Numbered from the stretch's first letter, positions 26,101 through 39,282 are shown. The stretch is 64,000 bases of DNA from Leptogorgia sarmentosa (GCA_964658305.1 OZ210885.1:1426001-1490000); one strand, 5' to 3'. The notes: a model not told the origin generated them from the sequence alone. A program made the numbers and translations.

Positions 26101-27203
26101 GAATAAAATGGGACGGGTTACATAAATTTTGTAATTCTTTGTGCTTTTGTGCAGTGATAAATTTTTCTTAGAGTTATATGCTTTGCCTGGCCTTAAGTTT
26201 AACATTTCTGTCATTGATTGCAGTATGGAGGATCAGTTGTTTAAACCATATATAGATAAAAACGCATTAATAAATTTTGGACAGTATGCGGCCGATCACG
26301 AGTGCACTTGTGACTTGTCGCGCGTACTTGCAAAATAACCTCGGGTGTGCGCAGGCAACATTCACCGCATTTTCGTCATTCGTCACATGTAAACCAAATA
26401 TCAAAATGTTTCATATAATTATTTTCGTGTGCGGTGCGCAAGCAACAAGTGCGTCTGAACAGGAATAATGCACGTGAAATTGGTAGAATTAATGGAAACA
26501 AAACAGCGGATGAGAACCACGAGCTCGTTCGTGTCTGATGTTTTATTAGAAAGTCAACTTGCATGTCATATTTCACTGCATTTTCAAATCGTATGAGTGA
26601 TGTTGACTTTTTCTGGTAATCCAGATGATTTACTCTTCCATGCATGTTATTAAGAAATTTGGAAGGAAAGGGTTAATTGTGCAATTCTAAATTACATCAT
26701 TACAATACTATGATAGCAAAAATGTGAAATGTTGTGAAAATTATATGTTGAAGTAAAGCAAAGAAAGAACCTGACAAGGACCAGAAACTGCAGATATTAT
26801 TATAATCACACACCTCGGCACTTTTGTACAAAATTTGGGCCGGAAAGGGCACGCATTAAAGGTTTTAACACGATACAGATTAAGTGTACCATTCCATGTA
26901 GTTTAATAATTAAAGTCCCAGCAAACAGCCAACTTTTTATTGAATATCGTTGAAGTTCTGGTTAACCTGTGCCTGAATAATGAAGAGACTAGGAGAGTAT
27001 ATTAATTAATTCTTCCTGTACACCGTTGCTTGAGTTTGTACCGTTTAATTGTTCTTTGATGTATTTCCTGTGCGTGGCGCATCTTTGTAACGTTATCTTA
27101 ATTCAAGAGCGACTTTAAGGGCCCTCGATCTGTTTACCCGAAAAGGTTCCGATTGCAACGGTCACTGTATTATTTGATATCTGCGTCCCAATTCTCATTA
27201 AAT

Positions 27204-27303
27204 ATTCATAATTACGGTTGACATAAATATTCTTCGAGCACAGAAGGTTTCCAGATCTGTTCGAAAGTGGATCAAAGTGTATCGAGAAAGGATTAAATCA
27301 AAG
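27204..27303 (+). promoter_or_regulatory. Putative core promoter and non-coding first exon of gene B (GC donor)
   Basis: ATTCATAATTACGGTTGACATAAATAT, then TCAAAG|GCAAGT; acceptor TATAG| at ~27516. Confidence 0.5.
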
Positions 27304-27538
27304 GCAAGTGTTTCTTTAGCTACATGAACTCAATCCCTAGACGTGAGATCGGTTCATGTAAAGTCCACGTATACTGTATGATTTATTTTGACCCACTTGT
27401 AGCATGATTTTTGTCTTAAAATTGAAAACAGCTGAATTCTCTCACATGCTGCAAAAATGCTATAATAATTACAAAATGATAATCGCGAATAATAATTTTT
27501 TTGAACATTATTATAGTTCTGCAAAAGTATCAAGAAAG

Positions 27539-30500
27539 ATGTTGCAAGTTCTACTGGCTGTCTTGCTTGTTCTGCCCTGTAAGCTTGATGGTGAGTGTAC
27601 ATAATCAGCTTTGGAATTAATTAAATTTTTCATTTGGCAATTGCCTGTTAACTTAACTGCATGGCTTTGAAGCAATCCAATATATGATAAGTGATAACAT
27701 TCATGTATTTTTTATGGAATAATAAATAATCCGCTCCATTTTGTAAACCAAACGTATATTAATAATTGCATGATGACAATATTTTCATGGCAACGACACT
27801 CGATCAAGCTGTTCTAATTACCTATCGTGGATGTAAAATCAACAGCAAAATCAAGTGTGGGAGGGGATTGGTGGCATGCAATTCTTTTACGCAATGTTTT
27901 CAATGATTTCATATTATGTTTTACTTATGCTTTCATATATGTTTTACTCAATGTTTTATTTTGATATATGTTTTAGCTACTTAATGTTTTATTGAGATAG
28001 CCTACATGTTTTACTCAATATTTTCATTTTCATATATGTTTTACTTAGTAATATTTTATTTTCCTATATCCTTCATGTTCTATTTTGACATATGTTTTAC
28101 TTCATGTTTTATTTTGATATATGTTTTACTTAATGTTTTATTTTCATATATGCTTTACTTAATGTTTATTTTCATCCTTTACTTCATGTTTTATTTTGAT
28201 ATATGTTTTACGCAATGTTTTATTTAGATATATGTTTTACTTAATGTTTTATTTTCATATATGCTTTACTTAATGTTTATTTTCATCCTTTACTTCATGT
28301 TTTATTTTGATATAATATGTTTTGCGCAATGTCTTTAACGACATAATCTGCATGATTGTACTTAATGTTTATTTATTTTCATCTATGTGTTATACCAGCT
28401 CAATGTCTTCAATGACTTCATATGTTTTGCGTAAAGACCTCGATCGCTTTATATGTTTACTAAATTTTATTTATGTATAGCTAATGTCTTCAATTCGTTC
28501 ACTCCTACTCGTTCACTTCTATATACTTCTCCCACTAATCACACGCAGCTCTTTGTTGGACTAAACTTTTTCTAACCAAAGATAAGCTGTATATGCAAAT
28601 GAAAAGACGCGCGATAAAACCGGCGTTTGCGATTTCAAATATACGTAGGAAACCTAAGTACAAAGGTCTGATGAAGGTGGAGGAGAGGGGTTCAGTACAC
28701 GTTTTGAATTATTATCACTCGTTTCAAAATTATTTTTAATTAAATTAATTAATTAAATTAATTAAATTTTTCATTTGGCAATTGCCTGTTAACTTAACTG
28801 CATGGCTTTGAAGCAATCCAATATATGATAAGTGATAACATTCATGTATTTTTTATGGAATAATAAATAATCCGCTCCATTTTGTAAACCAAACGTATAT
28901 TAATAATTGCATGATGACAATATTTTCATGGCAACGACACTCGATCAAGCTGTTCTAATTACCTATCGTGGATGTAAAATCAACAGCAAAATCAAGTGTG
29001 GGAGGGGATTGGTGGCATGCAATTCTTTTACGCAATGTTTTCAATGATTTCATATTATGTTTTACTTATGCTTTCATATATGTTTTACTCAATGTTTTAT
29101 TTTGATATATGTTTTAGCTACTTAATGTTTTATTGAGATAGCCTACATGTTTTACTCAATATTTTCATTTTCATATATGTTTTACTTAGTAATATTTTAT
29201 TTTCCTATATCCTTCATGTTCTATTTTGACATATGTTTTACTTCATGTTTTATTTTGATATATGTTTTACTTAATGTTTTATTTTCATATATGCTTTACT
29301 TAATGTTTATTTTCATCCTTTACTTCATGTTTTATTTTGATATATGTTTTACGCAATGTTTTATTTAGATATATGTTTTACTTAATGTTTTATTTTCATA
29401 TATGCTTTACTTAATGTTTATTTTCATCCTTTACTTCATGTTTTATTTTGATATAATATGTTTTGCGCAATGTCTTTAACGACATAATCTGCATGATTGT
29501 ACTTAATGTTTATTTATTTTCATCTATGTGTTATACCAGCTCAATGTCTTCAATGACTTCATATGTTTTGCGTAAAGACCTCGATCGCTTTATATGTTTA
29601 CTAAATTTTATTTATGTATAGCTAATGTCTTCAATTCGTTCACTCCTACTCGTTCACTTCTATATACTTCTCCCACTAATCACACGCAGCTCTTTGTTGG
29701 ACTAAACTTTTTCTAACCAAAGATAAGCTGTATATGCAAATGAAAAGACGCGCGATAAAACCGGCGTTTGCGATTTCAAATATACGTAGGAAACCTAAGT
29801 ACAAAGGTCTGATGAAGGTGGAGGAGAGGGGTTCAGTACACGTTTTGAATTATTATCACTCGTTTCAAAATTATTTTTAATTAAATTAATTAATTAAATT
29901 AATTAAATTTTTCATTTGGCAATTGCCTGTTAACTTAACTGCATGGCTTTGAAGCAATCCAATATATGATAAGTGATAACATTCATGTATTTTTTATGGA
30001 ATAATAAATAATCCGCTCCATTTTGTAAACCAAACGTATATTAATAATTGCATGATGACAATATTTTCATGGCAACGACACTCGATCAAGCTGTTCTAAT
30101 TACCTATCGTGGATGTAAAATCAACAGCAAAATCAAGTGTGGGAGGGGATTGGTGGCATGTAATTCTTTTACGCAATGTTTTCAATGATTTCATATTATG
30201 TTTTACTTATGCTTTCATATATGTTTTACTCAATGTTTTATTTTGATATATGTTTTAGCTACTTAATGTTTTATTGAGATAGCCTACATGTTTTACTCAA
30301 TATTTTCATTTTCATATATGTTTTACTTAGTAATATTTTATTTTCCTATATCCTTCATGTTCTATTTTGACATATGTTTTACTTCATGTTTTATTTTGAT
30401 ATATGTTTTACTTAATGTTTTATTTTCATATATGCTTTACTTAATGTTTATTTTCATCCTTTACTTCATGTTTTATTTTGATATATGTTTTACGCAATGT

Positions 30501-33500
30501 TTTATTTAGATATATGTTTTACTTAATGTTTTATTTTCATATATGCTTTACTTAATGTTTATTTTCATCCTTTACTTCATGTTTTATTTTGATATAATAT
30601 GTTTTGCGCAATGTCTTTAACGACATAATCTGCATGATTGTACTTAATGTTTATTTATTTTCATCTATGTGTTATACCAGCTCAATGTCTTCAATGACTT
30701 CATATGTTTTGCGTAAAGACCTCGATCGCTTTATATGTTTACTAAATTTTATTTATGTATAGCTAATGTCTTCAATTCGTTCACTCCTACTCGTTCACGT
30801 CTATATACTTCTCCCACTAATCACACGCAGCTCTTTGTTGGACTAAACTTTTTCTAACCAAAGATAAGCTGTATATGCAAATGAAAAGACGCGCGATAAA
30901 ACCGGCGTTTGCGATTTCAAATATACGTAGGAAACCTAAGTACAAAGGTCTGATGAAGGTGGAGGAGAGGGGTTCAGTACACGTTTTGAATTATTATCAC
31001 TCGTTTCAAAATTGCGGCAATTAAAATACCAGCCGGTTTTGGTACTAGTTCCAGGCTCTTCGCTGCGGAACCGCCATCTTGAATGTCCGGTCTCACAGTG
31101 AGTAAAAAGCATAAATCGGCCAATCGAAAGTCACGCTTTACATTTGGAAGATTTCAAACCAAATACGCTAGCCATGTAAATTGTAAACAAGTTACAACCA
31201 TTTTACACTAAATTTTGGAAAAAATCAACAAAGTAACTGGAGATGCTGTATTCGATGATTTTCGCGACTGAAGTTCACGTGATAATCACGTGATACATTT
31301 AACGCTCAGTTTTCAACTCCAAGTAAAACCGCAGTTGTCGGAAAGAGTTCAATAATTATATTCATTCAACCTTATGTTTCATGGAAAAAATTTGTATCAA
31401 TGTATTCTGTAAATTTTTGCTTCAGTGTCACAATTAGATCAATTAAATCATTTTTATAGCAACAAATATCACGTACACAATGTTATACAATACATTGGAG
31501 GATCGAACTTGGAAACGATAGGGTAACCGCAAAAATCCGCAATTGCGACTGCGTAAATTATAGACAATTACCCTTGCATGGCACAATTTCGAAATATTGT
31601 CAGGATCAATAACAGCAATTTTCTCCGGAGTTTCCAACTGCAGTAAAAAGACTCACAGACTGAAATAGTGGATTAAATTTTAACCCAGGGTTAGCATTAA
31701 CCTTGCTTTGAACAGCCGGCCCCAGCAGGCAGCAGAACGTTAATTGGAGGAGGAAGAAAGCTATCAGTATTCGCGTTCTACCGAATTCTACGGAAAGAAA
31801 CACGAATAATATGAATATACACCCACCAGCGGGGCCCACCAAGGGGTAAAGAGCGACAAGCGACGTTGCTTAAAAAGAGGCGACAGACTATCTAAAAAAA
31901 GGCGAAAAGCGACAGGAAAAAGCGACACATTCCGACAACGACATAACTACCAATGATTAAGACAGCGACAGACTATTTTACCATGCTTTACGACGGCGAC
32001 AAACAAAACAAAACGTAATTTAGCAAATTTTAGCTTGGGTCAACCAGTGGACCAAGTTACCAACCCCCACTCCCCAGTAACTGAGTTAACCGACGTCACC
32101 AACCACGACGGCTTTAGCGCTTCCAGGTTGTAAGGAAAACTTGTGCTATTATTAAACTTAATATGTAAAAGTGGTACTTTGTATATGCTACCTAAACAAA
32201 TGAAAGCGACATTTTTTTTATAACTTGAAAGCGACATAGACATTTACTGGACTGATGCAAGCGACAAAGCAGCTAAAAATTGAGTGACACGCGACATGAT
32301 TTACCCCCTTGGTGGGCCCCACCAGCTAGCGTTCTAGTTTGCCCCTGCATCAGTGCATCTATAAATATTGAATGGATCCAACCAATATACATCCCTACTT
32401 TTTTATACATGTGAATCCAAGCTAATTTAATCTCCTGTCTCCTGGTTTTAGCTGCTTGTCCAGCAGGATGGGACGAATATCAAAGTAACTGTTTTAAAAA
32501 GTTCAACACTCCTACCTCATGGCAGGACGCAAGAACGTCATGTAGGGGCGAAAATGGTGATTTAGCAATCATCATGGATATGGCGGAAAATACGTTTGTG
32601 AAAAATACGTATGGAGCGGGGAATTGGCTGGGTTATACTGGCTGTCGGCAGAAGGATTGGTGTACCGCAAAATTTACCAAGATAACTTGGGATAATTTTG
32701 CTACGGGTCAGCCCGATAACAAACCACAAACCGGATTTGGTATACCACATCATCAATTTGCAGTCTTGAATCGAGCAGATGGAACATGGGAAGACCAACC
32801 AAATACTCAGAAGCATTCCTATATTTGTAAAAAATCAGGTATATAATATTAATTATTATAAGATAATGCGATAAATAATATGTTGTGGGGCTGTTACACG
32901 CTGTTGTTAGGCAAGAACGTTTAAATCGTGCAAGCTGCAATTATCACTGTTAAACAAAAAAGCCTCTTAGTGAGGAAGTTTATCTACGTAATAAATTGCT
33001 TATCAAACTTCAACCTCGTTCCCAGGGTCCTGATCCTCGCTCGAGGAAAGACCTTGGTCGGTGCTGGTCACGTGAACACCCGGATTTTCGGGGTAAATTC
33101 CAATTTCACGTTGGGAGGGGTGGTAGAGGATTGAATTGGTTTGGCTTTATTTAATTGCAACTTGTGTTCTGGATTTGGACGATAGAATTCATATTTGCAA
33201 CACGAAATTAGAAATAGAAGAACTAAAACAATTCATATTTGTCACTTAAATGCTTCCTGTGTAACAATGAGTGTTAAGGACCAAGGAGAAAGTGGAACAT
33301 GTCTAATTTTAATGTGGAATAATGTGGAATTTTAACGCAACCTGCAATTATCAGTTATGCGCAAGCAGTTATCAAAATTGATAATCTCCCTCGGTCTTTA
33401 CGGGAAAGAAAAAAGATAAGAAAGATAACAAAGCTATCGGTGTAATTTTGAAAATTGATTCTCTAGACGATCCCTGCAAGAACCTAAACTGCGACACAAA

Positions 33501-36500
33501 TGGAGGCACATGTGACAGACCAAACGCAGTATGTAAATGTAAACCAGGATATAGCGGCAAGCAGTGCCAGAGTAAGTATGCTTCAATTTTATTTTTGACA
33601 TAAAATAATATGCATGTGATCGAAAAATAACATGGGCGTGTTAATAACTTACTGTGTTTTGTAAGGTTAGCAACTGGCTCCGCGTATAGTTTCGGCAAAA
33701 TTGGAAAAAATATGTTTCATGAATTCCGTAGCATTGTTATCGTGTATAACACGGAGATTGGTAAGAATTATATTATTAAAAATGCTGCAATTTGATCGTC
33801 AACACTACTTTGACTATCAAAAATAGCGGCAAAACATGTGAGTTTACGTTAATGAAAATGTCTTCTATAAGACGCTTTTTTAAATTATTTTTGCAATATT
33901 TTCATGTTTGATCTCTGATTCTACTAATTAAAAAGATTTCTACGAATTTACATCTGGATCTCGTAATCAAATTTATGATGAATAATATAGCTATATACGA
34001 CCAGTAGCCGGCTGTACTGGTTCTACCAGTTGTTCAAAGCTTGGTACAAGTTTCAAAACTTGCATGTTAAAGTCACATAAAACATGGGATAAGGAAAAGA
34101 TATTATTTAAAAGCATCCACATTAATGTACTCAAATGTGGTCCAACTGGGCGCTATGTAAAAACTGTACCGGTGGGCTGTGGCTCAATATCATTCATTTT
34201 GTTCCATTCCCGTTCTATCATAAGGATAAATAGTTGAAAAAAAAGTTTGCCAGTTTCAGTTCACTCCATGTCTTTTCATGGAATATATTACTCATTTTTC
34301 AAGAGCAGTAAGTTTAGGTCTACCCAACGTAAAACATGGATCTCCGTTAATGTATTTCAGTTGCGCCATGTGATGCAGACCCTTGTCAAAACGGAGGGGC
34401 ATGTGCAGAGGTAAACGCAGGCTACAAGTGCACATGCATCGATCATTACTCGGGAAACGACTGTCAAGGTAAAGTATTGGTTGAATACAACATTATAAGA
34501 ATACACGTTTACTAAAGAGTTTTGAGGGGACCAATGTTATTGTTACTTAAAAAAATCAGTTTAACGTTGTTTAATTTGAAATGATTGTAGCTGCAATTGT
34601 CGTTGAAATTATGAATTTTAGTGCCACCCCCATGTGAAGCAAAAAAGCCGTGTAAAAACGGTGTTTGTAAGGATGTCAGCACCGTAGATTACGTATGCAA
34701 CTGTGACCCAATGTGGACTGGAAAGAATTGTGACGGTACAGTATTGATAATTACTTTTTATCAAAGTATCTTTTAAAGGTAACAAGACACCACAGCCTTA
34801 TTAAGCTGATGTTCACGGGACGACGTTTGCAAGATAATTCGCAATGCAATGAAGTTGCAGCTGTTTTGACTTGTTTGGCACGTTGCAGTACGAATTTGTC
34901 GTTAAAAATCGTTTTTACTTTTTTGTTATATTCTTTTTCGTCGGAGATATTACCGAAAACTCTTTAGTAGCTACACATGCAGCTATTGCGGCAATGGACG
35001 TTTTCCCTTTTTGATATTTGGATATTTTTGTAGCTACTACTTACGTAGTAATAATCAAAAAGTGATGCTCAAAGTTCGAATCTAATTCCGAAAAGGCAGC
35101 AGCCAATTGAAACCGGATAGTACTTTATTCGAATTTATAATGATCTCAATAAATCTAGCAATATATTCAACGATTCTTGATATTCTTTAGAACGACCATG
35201 CGACAAACGACCTTGTGTTAATTTTAAGAAGTGCATTAATCTAGCGAATGGTAATTACAAGTGCATCTGTCTCGATAAGTGGACAGGTCCAAAGTGTGAC
35301 AAAGGTATCTATCAGATCCATTTAAAACATTGATTTTTTTTACTTTAAATTCGCCCAAATCCAATAATTTTTTACAGAGTTATTCTCCGCAACTGTCAAG
35401 AAAAATTTATGCGCACAATGTCAATTATTCCAACCGGGAAAATGATGAGCTATTGGGTTCTTGAGCAGGGTTCGAACTTAAATACGCCTGTGCGGTGGCA
35501 GTGCGTTGCTCTGTTCCACCAGAATACCCAATACATGCATCTTTGATCAGAATTACTGAACAGCAACCATGTGATACTGAAAAATTTTAGCCTTACTAAA
35601 AATAAAGCAGGTAGAAAGGTTTGAGAATAAAATATTTCGATTCTTGAATGAAGTTGTGAGACAATGAATAATATTTTGAACAGGCTTTTCCTCAGAGAGT
35701 TACGAAAAATATCTTATTTTTTGCGATTTAGTCACTCTATGCAATTCGTTCGTCAGAATAAGAGCAACAGATGTGATTGGATGTTTCCATAAAATAAATA
35801 ATTGATAAAAGAACGAGACAAGAAGTAGGCTATAAATACGCTATCCAAGCATTTTGACCCAGTATTCCTCAAGGACTTTTAGTGAAAATAATAAGACAAT
35901 ACCTGGTTATATTCTGGAAATGTAGGCTACATGCATATAAAGCAACCCACTAGGTAATAATCATCAGCCTCTGGAGCTTGAATAGAAATAGACGCCAACA
36001 CATGAAATGTTGCCAAACAACATTGGATTGAAATATTGCAATAAATAAGGCTTTGTATTGATTGGATCACAACTTCTTACAGGCGGACCTGCCAACGGTG
36101 ATCCTCACTACGTCACTTTTGACGGAAGGCGATATGACTTCATGGGCAAATGTGAATATGTTTACGCCAAAGATTGTGGCAAGGACCACGCATTTGAAGT
36201 TCTTCAACAAAATGAACCTTGTGGTGGAGGTTCTGTCAGCTGCACTAGGTCTATACGGGTTCTGTTTCAAGAAAAAGAAGTAAAGTTCGAGAGGAGAGGA
36301 GTCGTTTATGTGGACGGAGTTCGTATCAGAAGTTTTCCATGGATACCAATCCCGGGTAATGATTGATCATTCAGTATGCAACAAGTGTAGGTTACCGATA
36401 ATTACTAAAAGAACGTCAAATGTTGCATTTTGTGTTGGTCTTTTCTCAAAGAAATCTTTCATTCTAACTCGAGATGATCACTTTTATTGTTCAATTATAG

Positions 36501-39282
36501 TTAATGCGACCTTCTCTTGTATTTTGAATGTTTCATATATAATATCAGTGTTGCATTCTACAATCTGATTAGTTATGTTACTCTTTGTATATATACCAGG
36601 TCATATGATCAGTAGCGGAAAACAAACTGTCATTATTGATTCATGTTTCCGTAATATCTAGTTGCGGCAATGGTAGTGGAAGGCAAATCTGAACCTGCCC
36701 TCTTTAAATTATTAGGTTCAACAACAAAAATTACCAGAAATGGAAGAGGAGCACTTCTCGATGTTCCGGATCTCTTGTTTTCTGTACGTTGGGATGGATT
36801 CATGGGGATCCTCGTAGATATAAATCAGCGTTATGACGGCAACATGTGCGGCTTGATGGGAAATGCTGATGGCAATCCGAATAATGATTTTCAACTTCCA
36901 GACAAAACAATTACCACAAATATCCCGAATTTTGCAAACGCATGGAGAAAAAATCGTCGTTGTGTGAATGGTATCGTTCCACCAGATCCGTGTAAAAAAC
37001 TCACTCAAGCACAATACAATGCAATTAAACAAAAGTGTGGAAAAATGAAACAGGCACCGTTCAAACAATGTAACGAAAAAATCACACCAGACCTTAGGTA
37101 TATTCCTGACTGTGAATATGACTTGTGCGCCATGACACAGAATCCTTCTGCAGCCTGGTGCCAAGCGTTGGATACGTACGACAAATCCTGCACTTCGAAA
37201 GGACTCAATATCGATTGGGAAGGAAAACCTGGTTTTGAAGAATGTGGTAAGAAGTAGCACATTTTTCCAAGTTCCCTGTGTCAAGTGTTTATTGACCTGG
37301 CATATTAGTATTTTTAGACAAATTTACTTTGACAAATGTATGTGTTTAAAAGCTGGTTGTGCAAATGTATTTGTCACATGAAATTTGTCAAATGAAATTT
37401 GATGGCCTATATAAGAGAGGCTTTTTTCACTCGCTAACGCGTGATTTCCTATCTTATTTGCTATAGAGTATGGTGTGAAACTGCACTTATCAAATTAAGG
37501 ACATGCACTTATTCTAAACAGCCGATCTGACCATGAGTGAAAAACCTGCAGGAACTAGCTGCCAAATAGAAATCTAGTTTACTCTTTTTATTTTTCTGTT
37601 TATATCTTTCGTTTCCTGTTCGAAACGTCTTGAATGGTATATATGCATGATGTGAATTATATTTCATGAGGAGTTTAGTAGTTTTGATCGAAACTGAAAT
37701 GGATTTCTATTTTAAAACTATTGGCAGTACTTTTCCATGTTTCCCAGATCAAAGGGAACGTCGCAATTCTAAAGTTGAACAAGCCACTTCATTACTAATG
37801 GTCTTAAATTCATTTCCAGGCGATCCTTGTGCTGAGATGCCGTGCTTTAATGGCGCTCAATGTAAAAATGATGGCAAAACAAATTTCAAATGCATTTGTC
37901 CAAGTGGATTCAGTGGTCCTACCTGCAAAGATGTTGGTCTGTATACTTATGAAATTTTTGAAATTTATATATGTTATTAATTATTATTATGTGATAGGGT
38001 TGGCTTATTTGCAGCGCATTTTTATGATATGTTGATCATAACAAAAATTTTTTCGTCTTTTAACTTCACTTGACTCATAGATCTATTGTTCTAATTAAAT
38101 TTTATGACCGCTGACTTAGCCCCGTCTGCAGTGATGCAGGACTAAAAAAATAAAATTTATTTTTCCATTTTATTCTCCAGAGTGCAAATCTAAATATTCC
38201 GCGCGTGGTAGTATTTGCTACGGGAAGATGCTTAAAGATAAATGGAATGATGCAAGATGTCCAGATGGGGAAAAGTTTATGTCCCCAGAAAATGAGGATG
38301 AAAACAAATTTATTTACGACACATTTGTGAAACCATCTCGAAGGTCATTTTGGATGAATGCTCGTCCATGCGGTGAGAAGCTGTGTGCCCAGGATTATTC
38401 CCCGATGCACTATCACAATTTTGGAGGCGGCGCATGGCCAACCTCTGGCTGCTTTACAATGCGTTATGGCAATAATGGGGTGTGGACCAGGAAGCATTGT
38501 GAATTAAATGAATTCTTTATTTGCAAATACAGTGAGTATACAGTTTTCGAATACATAATTATTCAGTGATACTTCATACTTATACTCTTATCCTGCGAAC
38601 CGAGTATAAAGCATTTTATAGCTAAACTGCATTACAACAACACACCAGTGTACAGGAAGCGGGCATCTCGTTTATTGCCTCGGATCATTACAATCACAGA
38701 TCGAATATAGTTAGCTATTTACAACACAATCAACTATCCTCTGGGATTCTCTGCCCATAATACAAGTCTGATTTGGTATTGGTCACCGACGCCCCGTTCT
38801 CTTTCAAACAATTTCGTTTCCTCATCTCACAACTGCTGTGTCCCAACCGTCGCTGCGAACCGACTTGAAATGTTTCTTGATCACATCTAAGAAACGTTAA
38901 CTGGAAAACGAAATCTTCTACAAAATTAACGAAAAATAACAGGTTATTTTTGCTTGAGAATGCCTTCGAATGACTTTGTTGTGTTATAAGCACTTGAAGG
39001 AAGGTTTTGAAACATTTTCTTCCACGGAAGTGACTGCAGTGATTTGCAGCGAATATGCTGAGTGCATGCATGTTTCTTCTTCCAACTGGTTAACTTTCCT
39101 CTTTCGCACGAAAAAAATTACACTAATAAAATCACGACGAAATTAGCAAGTATAAACCCAGGTCCTAATACTTCAGTCTAATAATAACTTAGTTAAATTT
39201 AACAGATTTAAAGTTACCAAAGTTAAATTTAACAGATTTAACAAGAAATTTTGTTTTTATTACAGGAAAGGAAAACTCTTAG
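27539..39282 (+). CDS. Gene B: secreted CTLD(QPD)-4xEGF-VWD(GDPH)-C8-EGF-CTLD protein, ~722 aa, 11 coding exons
   Basis: Exons: 27539-27590 (signal MLQVLLAVLLVLPCKLD); 32452-32838 (CTLD, GQPD..WED); EGF 33467-33571, 34361-34468, 34622-34735, 35191-35304; VWD 36083-36355; VWD/C8 36716-37246; EGF 37820-37936; CTLD 38181-38531; last 39266-39282 (RKENS*). All phase 1, 2169 nt open frame; exon sizes identical to gene C. Confidence 0.88.
27615..31012. repeat. 1141-bp tandem triplication in the intron after gene B's signal exon
   Basis: Identical ORF-track hits at 28006, 29147 and 30288 (period 1141). I saw only two substitutions, both in the third unit (~30161, ~30799). Confidence 0.95.
27890..28480. 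repeat. Degenerate AT-rich ~28-bp minisatellite (TATATGTTTTACTTAATGTTTTATTTTCA-like), repeated in each 1141-bp unit and in shorter form at 40350-40540
   Basis: Recurrent atgttttac/atgttttat periodicity. Confidence 0.85.
31831..32320. mobile_element. MITE with ~20-bp TIRs and GCGAC subterminal repeats
   Basis: GGGGCCCACCAAGGGGTAAA ... TTTACCCCCTTGGTGGGCCCC; flanking direct repeat ACCAGC; ~11 GCGAC motifs inside. Confidence 0.85.

Noticed and set aside
28006..30509. Three identical 73-aa hydrophobic ORFs
   Set aside because: They are translations of the AT-rich minisatellite inside the 1141-bp intronic repeat.
35441..35560. C/D-box snoRNA (ATGATGA ... CTGA) in gene B intron
   Set aside because: Neither box is conserved in paralogs A (ATGATCA) or C (ATCATCA), and I saw no rRNA antisense element.
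36718..37284. Long antisense ORFs over the VWD/C8 exons (also 46687-47253, 8944-9336)
   Set aside because: Shadow frames of the real exons; conserved only because the exons are duplicated.
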